NCBI GenBank assembly: GCA_022180565.1
Contig: BQML01000029.1
Location: 18,174-82,173, forward strand
Length of the DNA stretch: 64,000 nucleotides
Direction of reading: 5' to 3'
From: Bacteroidia bacterium
GTDB taxonomy: Bacteria; Bacteroidota; Ignavibacteria; UBA10030
A program made the position numbers and the translations under genes. Under the pieces are notes generated by a model, which made no database searches, had not been told where the DNA came from, and saw nothing but the letters and a program-made list of their open reading frames with translations. This document shows, in pieces, positions 30,495-40,531 of the stretch. Positions within the stretch are counted from its first letter, which is position 1; every line of letters begins with the position of its first letter.

Positions 30495-32444
30495 TTATTG
30501 CTGAACGGCCTTCACGGCGATAATCGACTCCGTGATCTTCGTCCATTCCGTCTCCAGCTCCTCCAACACTTCCTGCAATTCCCGATGTTGCCTCAACACG
30601 TCCCGTGCCTCGTCTGAATTCTTGTAGAATTCCGGATCTGCCAGCTTCTCCTCCAGCTCCCTTTTTCTGTTCTCCTGTTCTTCGATTCGGCGTTCCACGT
30701 CAGCAAGCCGTCGTTCCATCGATCGAAGTTCCGCGGCTTTGCGACGGCGTTCTGCAGACTCCTGCCTCCGCCCTGTTCCCTCCCCGGGGGGTTTTCCTGT
30801 CGGTTCTTTGCTTTCCTGTACACCGGAAGCGCCGACCCCTTCCGTTTTTTTCTTCAGAAGATACTCGGTGACGGTTCCCAGATAGGTCCTTATTCCGGAA
30901 TGACTGACCTCAAGCACCTTGTTGACGATGGGATCAAGAAAGGCCCGGTCATGAGAAACAATGACGTACGTGCCTTCGTAATCGCTGAGCGCGTTCTGAA
31001 GTACAGCCTTCGAACGCATGTCCAGATGATTGGTCGGCTCATCCATGATCAGAACGTTGGCGGGCTGGAGAAGCATTTTGGCGAGAGCGAGCCGGCTTTT
31101 TTCACCCCCTGAAAGAACAGACACCTTCTTGAAGACATCATCGCCGTGAAACAAGAAAGATCCAAGAATCGTGCGGAGGTTGCTTCGAATTGCGCCGGAA
31201 GCGACCTCATCCACGATCGTCAGCACCTCCTTGCCGTGGTCGAGCTCTTCCGCCTGGTGTTGGGCAAAATAGGAAAGCGACACATTATGGCCGGTGATTC
31301 GTTCACCGGAATCGAAGGGTTCGACGCCTGCCAAAATACGCGAAAGCGTGGATTTTCCCGCTCCATTCGGACCGACAACCGCAATCCGGTCACCTCGTTC
31401 GATGCGGCAGTCCAGGTTCCGGAACACCTTGTGATCGCCGTACGACTTGGAGAGGTTCGTCAGCTCGAGCACCACGCGGCCGCTGGGAGCAGGCCGGGGA
31501 AAGCGGAAACGGATTTGCTCTTCGTCTGAATCGACCTGCACCAGTTCCATCTTCTCCAATTGCTTCATTCTGCTCTGAACCTGACGCGCTTTTGAGGCCT
31601 TGTAACGAAACCGATCGATGAACGCCTGGGTATGCCTGATTTTGTCCTGCTGGTTCTTGAAGGCGTTCTCCAGGAGCTCCTTTCGCACCTCCCTTTCCCG
31701 CTCATAGAATGAATAGTTGCCGGCGTATTCCTCGAGGGTCCCGCTTCGCAAGGCCAGCGTTCTTGTAGTCAGATTGTCGAGGAAGGAACGATCGTGCGAT
31801 ACAAGCATGATGGCGCCATGATAGCCGCGGAGGTATTCCTCCAGCCATTGGAGAGAATCGAGGTCCAGGTGATTGGTCGGCTCGTCAAGCAAAAGGAGGG
31901 AGGGTTCCGTGAGCAGGAGCTTCGCCAGAGCAATGCGCATCTGCCAGCCGCCGCTGAATTTCTCTGTCGGGCGACCGAAATCCGTCGTGGCAAACCCCAA
32001 TCCCATCAGCACGCGCTCGATTTTGGACTTCATGCGAAACGCGTCAAGATCCTCAAGTTTGTGCTGGAGCTCTCCAAGGACTTCCAACGTGTCGGCGTAT
32101 TCCGACGCCTGGGGATCAAGCGTTGCCAGGACTCGCTGTGCCTCCTCAAGTTCGCTCTGTACGGTGACGATATCTTCAAAAGCAGACTCGACCTCATGAT
32201 ACAATGAACGGCCCCTTGCCGTGATGCCGTCCTGTGGAAGGTATCCGACCGTGACGTAGTTGGCCTTGACTATCCGCCCTTTATCCGGAAGTACGTTTCC
32301 GGTGAGAATGCGGAGAAGGGTTGATTTCCCGGCGCCGTTCGCGCCGACAAGACCTATTCGGTCGTGCGGATTGACAAGGAAGGAAACATCTCTGAAGAGG
32401 ACCCTTCCGCCGTATTGCAGGGAAACATGTTCGAGGGCAATCAT
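30495..32444 (-). CDS. ABC-F family ATPase (Uup/YheS-like; two ABC domains plus C-terminal coiled coil)
   Basis: Two Walker A motifs (GANGAGKST, GPNGAGKST), two LSGG signatures, no TM domain, charged C-terminal coiled-coil tail. Confidence 0.9.
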   Translation of the reverse strand: MIALEHVSLQYGGRVLFRDVSFLVNPHDRIGLVGANGAGKSTLLRILTGNVLPDKGRIVKANYVTVGYLPQDGITARGRSLYHEVESAFEDIVTVQSELEEAQRVLATLDPQASEYADTLEVLGELQHKLEDLDAFRMKSKIERVLMGLGFATTDFGRPTEKFSGGWQMRIALAKLLLTEPSLLLLDEPTNHLDLDSLQWLEEYLRGYHGAIMLVSHDRSFLDNLTTRTLALRSGTLEEYAGNYSFYEREREVRKELLENAFKNQQDKIRHTQAFIDRFRYKASKARQVQSRMKQLEKMELVQVDSDEEQIRFRFPRPAPSGRVVLELTNLSKSYGDHKVFRNLDCRIERGDRIAVVGPNGAGKSTLSRILAGVEPFDSGERITGHNVSLSYFAQHQAEELDHGKEVLTIVDEVASGAIRSNLRTILGSFLFHGDDVFKKVSVLSGGEKSRLALAKMLLQPANVLIMDEPTNHLDMRSKAVLQNALSDYEGTYVIVSHDRAFLDPIVNKVLEVSHSGIRTYLGTVTEYLLKKKTEGVGASGVQESKEPTGKPPGEGTGRRQESAERRRKAAELRSMERRLADVERRIEEQENRKRELEEKLADPEFYKNSDEARDVLRQHRELQEVLEELETEWTKITESIIAVKAVQQ

Positions 32445-32488
32445 GCTGATCCTGCAAATATACGGAATCTTCTCTACATTCCCTGTGT

Positions 32489-33235
32489 ATGAACTTTCCC
32501 GACTTTGTACTCCTGTTTGGTGTCGGTGTCGTCTCTGCTTTTCTCAACGTCATGGCGGGAGGCGGCTCCGCCATCGCCTTGCCTGTCCTGATCTTCATGG
32601 GCCTTGATAGTGCTCTGGCAAACGGCACGAATAGAGTTGCAATTCTCCTTCAAAACATCTTTGCCGTCACGTCCTTTCGTTCGCTGGATGTTCATGCGTT
32701 TAGACAAAGCCTCTCCTTCACCCTCTGGGCTCTGCCGGGCGCGGTCGCAGGGGCCGTGGTTGGCGTAACGATCAGTGATATGTGGTTTCAGCGCATTCTG
32801 GCCGTCGTCATGATCGCCACGGTGGTCACGCTCCTGATTCCACAGAAATCGGCGGCGGAAGATCCCGAGATGTCCAAAAAACGCGAGCGATGGATCTATC
32901 CGATTATGATCGGCATCGGGTTTTACGGAGGATTCATTCAGGTGAGTGTAGGCTTCCTGTTCATGGCGGCCTTGTATCATGTGATGCGCATGAACCTCGT
33001 ACTCGTCAACATGCATAAGGTGACTATTGTCATGATCTATATGGTTCCAGCCCTGGCCGTGTACGCCTGGACGGGGAACGTGGATTGGCTGTCTGGATTG
33101 AGTCTGGGCGCGGGAAGTGCCGTTGGGGGGTGGTGGGCGGCCCGTGTGTCTGTCAGGGGTGGAGAAAAGGTTGTCCGCATCGTGCTTGTGGCAGCGATGC
33201 TTGTTATGGCCGCAAAGCTCGTTCGTATTTTCTAA
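32489..33235 (+). CDS. Sulfite exporter TauE/SafE family membrane protein (second copy)
   Basis: 248 aa with LNVMAGGGSAIALPVL and repeat-2 motifs; divergent from the ABC-F gene with a 44-bp spacer. Confidence 0.75.
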   Translation: MNFPDFVLLFGVGVVSAFLNVMAGGGSAIALPVLIFMGLDSALANGTNRVAILLQNIFAVTSFRSLDVHAFRQSLSFTLWALPGAVAGAVVGVTISDMWFQRILAVVMIATVVTLLIPQKSAAEDPEMSKKRERWIYPIMIGIGFYGGFIQVSVGFLFMAALYHVMRMNLVLVNMHKVTIVMIYMVPALAVYAWTGNVDWLSGLSLGAGSAVGGWWAARVSVRGGEKVVRIVLVAAMLVMAAKLVRIF

Positions 33236-33361
33236 GGAAAGAAAAGACAAAAAAAAGCGCAACAAACAGGCCGTTTTTTCGTCTCATTGTAGAATCGGCA
33301 GAAGATTGTTATATTAGTTCTTCATTCCCATTTCCCCATTTTCCAACTTCCGGAGGTTTGT

Positions 33362-34717
33362 ATGCGATTTCCGCGATGGCTGTTCCTGATGACGCTTGCA
33401 CTTCCGGTGCTCGCGGCCGGACAGGGAAGCTCATTCAAGGTCCCGGTTGAATACCACAAGCTCGACAATGGCCTCAAGGTTGTTCTTTCGCAGGATAAGA
33501 CTGCGCCGACGGTTGTCGTGGCTGTCTATTATAACATTGGGTTTCGAATCGAACCGCGCAACCGGACCGGCTTCGCGCATCTGTTCGAGCATATGATGTT
33601 CCAGGGCTCGCAGAACTTGGGAAAGATGGAGTTCATCCGGCTTGTGCAGAGCAACGGCGGAGTGTTGAACGGCTCTACGAGGTTCGACTTCACGAACTAT
33701 TTCGAAATCCTGCCCTCGCATAAGCTTGAAACGGCCCTTTGGGCGGAGGCTGACCGGATGAAAGGGCTTGCGATCACGCAGGACAACCTGACGAACCAGC
33801 AAGGAGTGGTCAAAAACGAAGTGAAGGTCAACGTGCTGAACAGGCCGTATGGAGGATTCCCCTGGCTCGATATGCCGCAATACGCCAACGAAAACTGGTA
33901 CAACGCGCACAACTTCTACGGCGAGTTGCATGATCTGGATGCGGCAACGCTGGAGGATGTCAAGAGTTTTTTTAAGACGTACTACGCTCCGAACAACGCG
34001 GCGCTTGTTGTGGTCGGCGACTTTGAACCGGCGGAAGCTCTCGGCATGATCAGGAAGTACTTCGGCTCCATTCCGTCTCAGCCGCAACCCGTCAAGCCGG
34101 ATCTGACCGAGCCGCGCCAGGAAAAGGCGAAATGGTTCACCAAGAATGACACGCTTGCTCATCGGCCCGCGATTGCCTTTGCATATCACATGCCCGAAAG
34201 GAATACCCCGGAATACTATGCGATGGGTCTTCTTGATCAGATCCTTCTTCAGGGGGATGACAGCAAGCTGATGCTGGAGCTCGCGAAGAAGAAAGGGTAC
34301 ACCGACAGGGTGATGGGCGGCATCAACCTGCTGGGGAACATGTTCAATTATAACGGACCGATGCTCTGGATGGGATGGCTCATCCATGATCCCTCCACAA
34401 AGCCGGAAGAGATCATGAAGACGGTCGATGAAGTGATCGAGGAAGCACGCACTCGGCCTGTGGCAAAAGCCGATCTGGATCGCGCGCTGGTCAAACTGCG
34501 CTCTGATCTCTACGACAACATGGGCGGGTTCTTTGGATTTGGCCGGGCAGACCTGCTGGCGGCGTTTGCGCTCTTTGACGACAATCCGTCGCGGATCAAC
34601 ACGCTTGAAGACGAGTTCAGAAAGATCACCCCGCAGCTTCTGCAAAAAACGGCGCAGGAGTACCTGCGGCCGACGAACCGGACCGTACTGGTTCTTCAAC
34701 CGAAAACAGGATCGTAA
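33362..34717 (+). CDS. M16-family zinc peptidase, catalytic subunit (HxxEH)
   Basis: Signal peptide; inverted zinc motif HLFEHMMFQGS with a downstream Glu; 451 aa. Confidence 0.85.
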   Translation: MRFPRWLFLMTLALPVLAAGQGSSFKVPVEYHKLDNGLKVVLSQDKTAPTVVVAVYYNIGFRIEPRNRTGFAHLFEHMMFQGSQNLGKMEFIRLVQSNGGVLNGSTRFDFTNYFEILPSHKLETALWAEADRMKGLAITQDNLTNQQGVVKNEVKVNVLNRPYGGFPWLDMPQYANENWYNAHNFYGELHDLDAATLEDVKSFFKTYYAPNNAALVVVGDFEPAEALGMIRKYFGSIPSQPQPVKPDLTEPRQEKAKWFTKNDTLAHRPAIAFAYHMPERNTPEYYAMGLLDQILLQGDDSKLMLELAKKKGYTDRVMGGINLLGNMFNYNGPMLWMGWLIHDPSTKPEEIMKTVDEVIEEARTRPVAKADLDRALVKLRSDLYDNMGGFFGFGRADLLAAFALFDDNPSRINTLEDEFRKITPQLLQKTAQEYLRPTNRTVLVLQPKTGS

Positions 34718-34723
34718 GGAGCG

Positions 34724-36115
34724 ATGACCATGAGATCGACAGGAATAGCCCTTGCACTTCTGCTGAGCGCATCCGTCGTTGTTGCCCAGAAAGAGCTTCC
34801 GCCCCCGGGCGGAAAGCCGAAGGACTTCACGCTTCCTCGCAAGACTCAAATAGCCCTTCCCAACGGCCTCACAGCCGTCCTTGTTCCATACGGCTCCCTG
34901 CCGAAAGTCACGGTGAGCGTTGTCGTCCGATCAGGGAACATCAATGAAAAAGAGAACGAGGTCTGGCTTGCGGATGTCATGGGAGACATGATGAAGGAGG
35001 GGACCAGAAGCCGGTCGGCTCAGCAAATTGCCGAAGAAGCAGCGTCCATGGGCGGTTCAGTGAACATTTCCACGGGTCTTGATCAAACAACGATCAACGG
35101 CGACGTTCTCACCGAGTACGGTCCCAACCTTGTGAATCTTCTGGCGGATATTGTCCGGAACCCTCTGTTTCCGGAGTCCGAGCTGCAGAGGATCAAGAAC
35201 GACCGGATCCGGCAGCTGACGGTGGCCAAATCATCTCCCCAGCAACAAACGCTGGAGCAGTTTCGACGCATCATCCACGGCAATCATGCGTATGGACGGA
35301 TCTTTCCGACGCAGGAAATGCTTGAAGGATACACCCTCGATCAAATCCGGAAATTCTATGAGAACAACTTCGGAGCCCGCCGCACCACCGTGTATGTCGC
35401 CGGTGTGTTCGATCTCGGAGTGATGGAGCAGGCGATTCGAAAGGAATTTTCGTCGTGGAAGTCTGGACCGGAGCCGCTGATCGACATTCCCACGCCTTCG
35501 ATGAAGAAGGCGTTTCATCTGATTGACAGGCCGGGGGCGCCCCAGTCCACCATCTACCTGGGACTCCCTGTTGCCAATCCGTATGACAAAGACTTTGTAC
35601 CTCTGGTCGTTACGAACGCCTTGCTGGGCGGATCATTCGGATCGAGGATTACGAGCAATATCAGGGAACAGAAAGGTTACACGTACTCGCCGTTCAGTCA
35701 ATTGTCCAGCCGGTATCGCGACGCCTACTGGGCCGAAGTGGCCGACGTGACGACGGACGTCACCGGTCCGGCTCTCAAGGAGATTTTCAAGGAGATCAGG
35801 AAGTTGCAGAATGAACCCCCGCCTGCCGAAGAATTGCAGGGGATCCAGAATTACCTGGCGGGAACCTTCGTGCTCCAGAACTCAAGCCCGGGCGGCATTA
35901 TTGGCCAGCTCGCATTTCTGAATCTCCACGGCCTCAGCGATGATTATCTCACGAAGTACGTTCAAAATGTCTACGCCGTGACGCCGCAGAAGGTATCGGA
36001 AATGACAAAGAAGTACATCCGGGAAGATAACATGACGCTGGTGATCACTGGCGACAAAAAGAAGATTGAATCGCAGATCGAGGAGTACGCGAAACCGGCG
36101 CCGGAGATGAAGTAA
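34724..36115 (+). CDS. M16-family peptidase, non-catalytic partner subunit
   Basis: Signal peptide; M16 fold features but no HxxEH; immediately downstream of the catalytic subunit. Confidence 0.8.
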   Translation: MTMRSTGIALALLLSASVVVAQKELPPPGGKPKDFTLPRKTQIALPNGLTAVLVPYGSLPKVTVSVVVRSGNINEKENEVWLADVMGDMMKEGTRSRSAQQIAEEAASMGGSVNISTGLDQTTINGDVLTEYGPNLVNLLADIVRNPLFPESELQRIKNDRIRQLTVAKSSPQQQTLEQFRRIIHGNHAYGRIFPTQEMLEGYTLDQIRKFYENNFGARRTTVYVAGVFDLGVMEQAIRKEFSSWKSGPEPLIDIPTPSMKKAFHLIDRPGAPQSTIYLGLPVANPYDKDFVPLVVTNALLGGSFGSRITSNIREQKGYTYSPFSQLSSRYRDAYWAEVADVTTDVTGPALKEIFKEIRKLQNEPPPAEELQGIQNYLAGTFVLQNSSPGGIIGQLAFLNLHGLSDDYLTKYVQNVYAVTPQKVSEMTKKYIREDNMTLVITGDKKKIESQIEEYAKPAPEMK

Positions 36116-36124
36116 CCGGTCTGT

Positions 36125-36230
36125 CCCCCTCCGGAGAAATCCGAAATCTTCCTCGAAATGACGGGGAGAGACTTCGGATTTCTTCGCGTGGAGGGGGTGA
36201 GTGCCTTGGAATCCCTCCTTATTTTTTCTT
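36125..36230 (+). promoter_or_regulatory. Structured leader / terminator: long imperfect hairpin overlapping a GC hairpin plus T-tract
   Basis: CCCCCTCCGGAGAAATCCGAAATCT ... AGACTTCGGATTTCTTCGCGTGGAGGGGG forms a ~22-bp interrupted stem. Its 3' arm shares GGAGGG with a second hairpin, GGAGGG-17nt-CCCTCC, which is followed by TTATTTTTTC. Confidence 0.3.
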
Positions 36231-36267
36231 ACACTTCTTGAACCTCCTTCCATCGTATGGTGAGCCC

Positions 36268-38427
36268 ATGAACCTTGGTCGTTTTCTTTCCGTTGTCTCA
36301 GGCCTCGTGCTTGTCATTCTTGCGGCAAGATTGGACGTTTTTGCCGATGAGGGCATGTACCCCATCAGCGAAATCCACAAACTGAATCTGAAAAGCCTTG
36401 GCTTTGAGCTTTCCGCCGACGAACTCTACCATCCGAACGGCGTGAGCCTTATCGACGCCATTGTGAACGTTGGAGGATGCACGGGATCCTTCGTTTCCGC
36501 AGAAGGGCTTGTCATCACAAACCATCATTGTGTTTTCGGTGCCCTCAGCAACGCCAGCTCCGCGGAGCATGATTATGTCACGCATGGCTTTCTCGCGGCG
36601 ACCCGGGCCGATGAACTCCGCGCAACCGGTATGACCATCAGAATCACGGAATCCTACCGTGACGTTTCGTCCGAGATTCTTTCGGACGTTACCGAATCGA
36701 TGCTTCCTGCCGAACGGACGAAGGCGATCCAAAAACGGATGCGCGAAGTGACCGAGGAAGCTGAAAAAGCTCATCCGGGAAAACAGGCGCTCGTTGCCGA
36801 GATGTTTGCAGGAAAAACCTATGTACTCTTCCTGTATGCGCAGATCCGCGATGTTCGGCTCGTTTATGTTCCGCAACGCGCGATCGGAGAATTCGGCGGT
36901 GAGGATGACAACTGGGTATGGCCGCGGCACACGGGCGACTTCTCCTTTGTGCGGGCCTATGTGGCGCCGGATGGATCTCCTGCCGAGTACTCCAAAGACA
37001 ACGTTCCCTACAAGCCTCGCCGATATCTGAAAGTAAATCCCAACGGCGTGGACGAGAACGACTTCGTGTTCATTCTGGGCTACCCCGGACGGACCTTCCG
37101 GCACCAACCGTCCGGCTTCATCCGTTATGACGAGCAAGTACGGCTAAAGACCATTGCCGACTTCTACGAATGGCAGATTCGCTTTCTCGAACAGCTCGGC
37201 AAAGACGACAGGGAGATCGCCCTGAAATTCGATTCCCGCATCAAGTCCCTCTCGAACGTCATGAAGAACTATCGCGGCAAGCTGAAGGGATTGAAACAAC
37301 TTCACCTCGTGCAGCGGAAATTGGAGGAAGAAAAGGCCCTGACAGAATTCATCGAAGGCTCTGCAGAGCGAAAGAGGACGTATGGATCCGTTCTGAAAAC
37401 ACTGAACGCCGTGTACGATGAGATGATTCAACAGGCTGACCGGGAGCTCCTCTTGGACCAGTTCGTGAGTACACCGACGCTCCTTTCACGGGCCGCGATG
37501 CTGTACCGTGCGGCGCTGGAACGGGCAAAACCTGAGGACGAACGTCCGGCGGCTTACAAGGACAAGAACTACGACCGCTTTAAACAGAACGCCATCCGTT
37601 CCCTCCAGCAATACTATGAACCGGCCGACAAGGGCCTGCTGAGGGAACTCTTGCGCCGAGCCGCCCTGTTGCCGGAGTCTGCTCGTATCAAAGAGCTTGA
37701 ATCCCTTACAAGGTCGGATCAAGCCATTGAAGATTTTCTTCAGAAGTCATATGGATCCACCGTCCTCACCTCGGAAGACAGGATCAAGGAACTCCTCGAT
37801 GCGTCACCCGACGGACTCGAATCGCTGCGCGACCCGTTCCTGAACCTGGCTGTCAAGCTGGAGCCGGTTTACAAGGCGCTGGCAGATGCTCGGGAACGCC
37901 GCTCCGGAATTTTGAGCAGAGAGTATCCGCTGTATGTGGATGTTAAGGAACAGTTCCAGAAAGCCAAATTCATTCCCGATGCCAATGGAACCCTGCGCCT
38001 GACATTCGGACGAATCAAGGGATATTCGCCCGCGGATGCCGTGTACTATAGCCCGATCTCGACGCTTGCCGGCGTCATCCAGAAGTCGAGCGGAGAGCCG
38101 CCATTCTACAACACCCCGGAAAAACTGCTGAAGCTGGCGAGGGAAGGCATGTACGGAAGGTATGCGCACAAGCGATTGAACAGCGTGCCGGTCGGAATAC
38201 TCTATAACACCGACACAACCGGCGGGAATTCGGGAAGTCCGGTCATGAATGCGCGGGGAGAACTCGTTGGCGTAAATTTCGATCGAGCGTATGAAGCGAC
38301 GATCAATGACTATGCCTGGAGCGACTCTTACAGCCGCTCCATCGCCGTTGACATCCGCTACGTTTTGTGGGTGACGAAGTATGTGGGCGGAGTTGATTAT
38401 CTGCTCAAAGAGATGGGAGTGGAATAG
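36268..38427 (+). CDS. S46-family dipeptidyl-peptidase (DPP7/DPP11-like serine peptidase)
   Basis: Signal peptide MNLGRF...; GLVITNHHC (catalytic His region); Asp region; GGNSGSPV (catalytic Ser) near the C-terminus; large helical insertion. ATG at 36268 preferred over the tracked TTG at 36238. Confidence 0.8.
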   Translation: MNLGRFLSVVSGLVLVILAARLDVFADEGMYPISEIHKLNLKSLGFELSADELYHPNGVSLIDAIVNVGGCTGSFVSAEGLVITNHHCVFGALSNASSAEHDYVTHGFLAATRADELRATGMTIRITESYRDVSSEILSDVTESMLPAERTKAIQKRMREVTEEAEKAHPGKQALVAEMFAGKTYVLFLYAQIRDVRLVYVPQRAIGEFGGEDDNWVWPRHTGDFSFVRAYVAPDGSPAEYSKDNVPYKPRRYLKVNPNGVDENDFVFILGYPGRTFRHQPSGFIRYDEQVRLKTIADFYEWQIRFLEQLGKDDREIALKFDSRIKSLSNVMKNYRGKLKGLKQLHLVQRKLEEEKALTEFIEGSAERKRTYGSVLKTLNAVYDEMIQQADRELLLDQFVSTPTLLSRAAMLYRAALERAKPEDERPAAYKDKNYDRFKQNAIRSLQQYYEPADKGLLRELLRRAALLPESARIKELESLTRSDQAIEDFLQKSYGSTVLTSEDRIKELLDASPDGLESLRDPFLNLAVKLEPVYKALADARERRSGILSREYPLYVDVKEQFQKAKFIPDANGTLRLTFGRIKGYSPADAVYYSPISTLAGVIQKSSGEPPFYNTPEKLLKLAREGMYGRYAHKRLNSVPVGILYNTDTTGGNSGSPVMNARGELVGVNFDRAYEATINDYAWSDSYSRSIAVDIRYVLWVTKYVGGVDYLLKEMGVE

Positions 38428-38445
38428 GAAAGCAGAGGAGTCAGG

Positions 38446-38907
38446 ATGCCGGAAACAGATCCGAGAGTAGCCGAGCTTCACGCACGGAAGATCACGCCGG
38501 AGGAATACCACGAAATCCGCCGGCTATGGCAGGTGCATTCGATTGCAGAGGATCGGAGAGACATCCCAGGCTTGATTTCAACTCTGACCGAGGACTGTGT
38601 GTACGAACTCGTGCAAACCGGACATCGCTGGCCGGGGCACGACGGTGCCCGCCGATTCTATACGGAAATGCTTGAGGCTTTTCCCGACATTCACTTTGTA
38701 TTGCGGAACATCGTGATTGGCCCGCAGGGAGTCTTCGAAGAAGCCCGCGTCACCGCCACCCACATAGGACGCTGGCTTCATTTTCCCCCCCCGTCGAACC
38801 GTCCGATAGAGTTCGACGTGCTGATCCTTTTTCCGTGGAATCCTCATCGAAAGAAATTCACCGGGGAACGCGTGTGGTTCAATCTTCCCCCCGCACGTTC
38901 CTTCTGA
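38446..38907 (+). CDS. SnoaL-like / NTF2-fold protein
   Basis: 153 aa; length and secondary-structure pattern of a ketosteroid-isomerase-like (alpha+beta cone) fold; weak motif support. Confidence 0.5.
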   Translation: MPETDPRVAELHARKITPEEYHEIRRLWQVHSIAEDRRDIPGLISTLTEDCVYELVQTGHRWPGHDGARRFYTEMLEAFPDIHFVLRNIVIGPQGVFEEARVTATHIGRWLHFPPPSNRPIEFDVLILFPWNPHRKKFTGERVWFNLPPARSF

Positions 38908-38911
38908 CCTC

Positions 38912-40432
38912 GTGCTCCTCCATCATCGTTTCATTGAACAGGCGAAGAAATTCGGATCGAAAGTTGCCGTCATCGACCGTACGCTCAATCGCCGGCTCAC
39001 CTATTCAAAGCTCCTCATCGCGTCCCTGATTCTCTCTCGGATGTTGAAGCAGTACGATGCGGGCTTTCTCGGCATCATGCTGCCGACATCTGCCGGTGCC
39101 GTGCTTTCCGTCCTGGGGACCCTGATGAGCGGACGTGTACCGGTCATGATCAACTACTCGACGGGCGCAGCACAGAATGCCGTCTACGCTCAGCGCAAAT
39201 GCGGTTTCCGCACGATCCTCACGTCCCGTGCCTTTCTGCAGAAGATCCAATGCCATCCGGTGCCCGGTATGATCTTTGTGGAAGACCTCTTCGAACGTGT
39301 GACGTTGAAGGATAAGTTCACCGCCGCTGTCCGTTCGAAACTTCCGTTGCCGGTTTTGCTCAAATCCGTCCATGGTGGCAATGAAGAGGACAGCAGTGTC
39401 ATCCTCTTTACGAGCGGGAGTGAAAAAGAGCCCAAGGCGGTCGAGCTGTCTCACGAAAACATTGCCTCGAACGTCCGGAGTATTTCTTCCATTTTGGAAA
39501 TTTCAGAGTCCGACGTCTTCCTTGCAAATCTTCCGTACTTTCATATTTTCGGCTACACGGGCAATCTCTGGGCGCCGCTGTATCATGGCATGACGATGGT
39601 GACGTATGCGAATCCCCTCGACTACGGAGGAATCTGTGACAGTGTACGGGAGGAGCAGTGCACTCTCATGCTCGGAACTCCAAGCTTCTTCTCGGGGTAC
39701 TTGCGAAAATCCCGACCGGGCGATTTCCGCAGTGTGCGTCTGGCCGTCGTGGGAGCGGATAAGTGCCCTGACACGTTGAGACGTGAGTTTCTTGAGCGGC
39801 ATTCGCTTTCATTGCTCGAGGCGTACGGAACCACGGAAACCAGTCCCGGGATCTCAGTGAACACGCCGTCTGCCAACAAGCCCGGAAGCGTGGGGAGACC
39901 CGTACCCGGTGTCGAGGTTCGGATCGAACACTATGAAACCGGAGAAGCATGTGCGCCCGGCGAGATCGGAAAGATCCTCGTGCGAGGAAAGAATGTCATG
40001 AAAGGATACTTTGACGATTTCGAACAAACCTCACTGCATATCCGGCATGGATGGTACGACACGGGGGATATGGGGTACATGGATGAGGACGGATTTCTGT
40101 GGCATGTCGGCAGACTAAGACGATTTCTGAAGATCGGCGGAGAAATGGTCTCGCTCATTCGTGTGGAAGATGTTCTTGAGAGGTTCCTTCCTTCGGACAC
40201 AGCGTGTTGCGTTGTGGAGGTGCCGGATAACATCAAGGGAGCAAAGATTGTCGCCGTTGTTACCCGACCCGTGGACGAACGGGCGATTCTCAGGAACATG
40301 GCTCGCAGTCTTCCGAATATTGCCCTGCCCCGCCAATTTGTGGTCATGGACGAACTTCCCAAAATGGCTTCAGGAAAGATCGATTTCAGAAAAATCACCC
40401 AAACCGTTGGGGAGTTGCTCCAGGGTTCGTAG
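38912..40432 (+). CDS. AMP-binding acyl-CoA / acyl-ACP synthetase family protein
   Basis: ILFTSGSEKEPKAVELSH (AMP-binding motif I), YGTTE, GWYDTGDMG, and a C-terminal K (MASGKIDFRK). Confidence 0.85.
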   Translation: MLLHHRFIEQAKKFGSKVAVIDRTLNRRLTYSKLLIASLILSRMLKQYDAGFLGIMLPTSAGAVLSVLGTLMSGRVPVMINYSTGAAQNAVYAQRKCGFRTILTSRAFLQKIQCHPVPGMIFVEDLFERVTLKDKFTAAVRSKLPLPVLLKSVHGGNEEDSSVILFTSGSEKEPKAVELSHENIASNVRSISSILEISESDVFLANLPYFHIFGYTGNLWAPLYHGMTMVTYANPLDYGGICDSVREEQCTLMLGTPSFFSGYLRKSRPGDFRSVRLAVVGADKCPDTLRREFLERHSLSLLEAYGTTETSPGISVNTPSANKPGSVGRPVPGVEVRIEHYETGEACAPGEIGKILVRGKNVMKGYFDDFEQTSLHIRHGWYDTGDMGYMDEDGFLWHVGRLRRFLKIGGEMVSLIRVEDVLERFLPSDTACCVVEVPDNIKGAKIVAVVTRPVDERAILRNMARSLPNIALPRQFVVMDELPKMASGKIDFRKITQTVGELLQGS

Positions 40433-40531
40433 TCCATGGGGTCCAACCGTGGACTCCAAGGCAAAACCCGCCGGGCGGATTCGGGCGAGGCCTTGTGCAA
40501 CCTCCCGAAGGTTTTAGCGTATACTCCATGA

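Noticed and set aside
33431-34849. 472-aa minus-strand ORF antisense to the first M16 gene
   Set aside because: The plus-strand frame carries an unambiguous HxxEH zinc motif and signal peptide. The antisense frame has R/H/Q-rich composition.
40433-40531. Possible terminator hairpin (cccgccgggcgg) after the acyl-CoA synthetase gene
   Set aside because: The stem is short and imperfect and lacks a following T-tract, so it is not reported as a feature.
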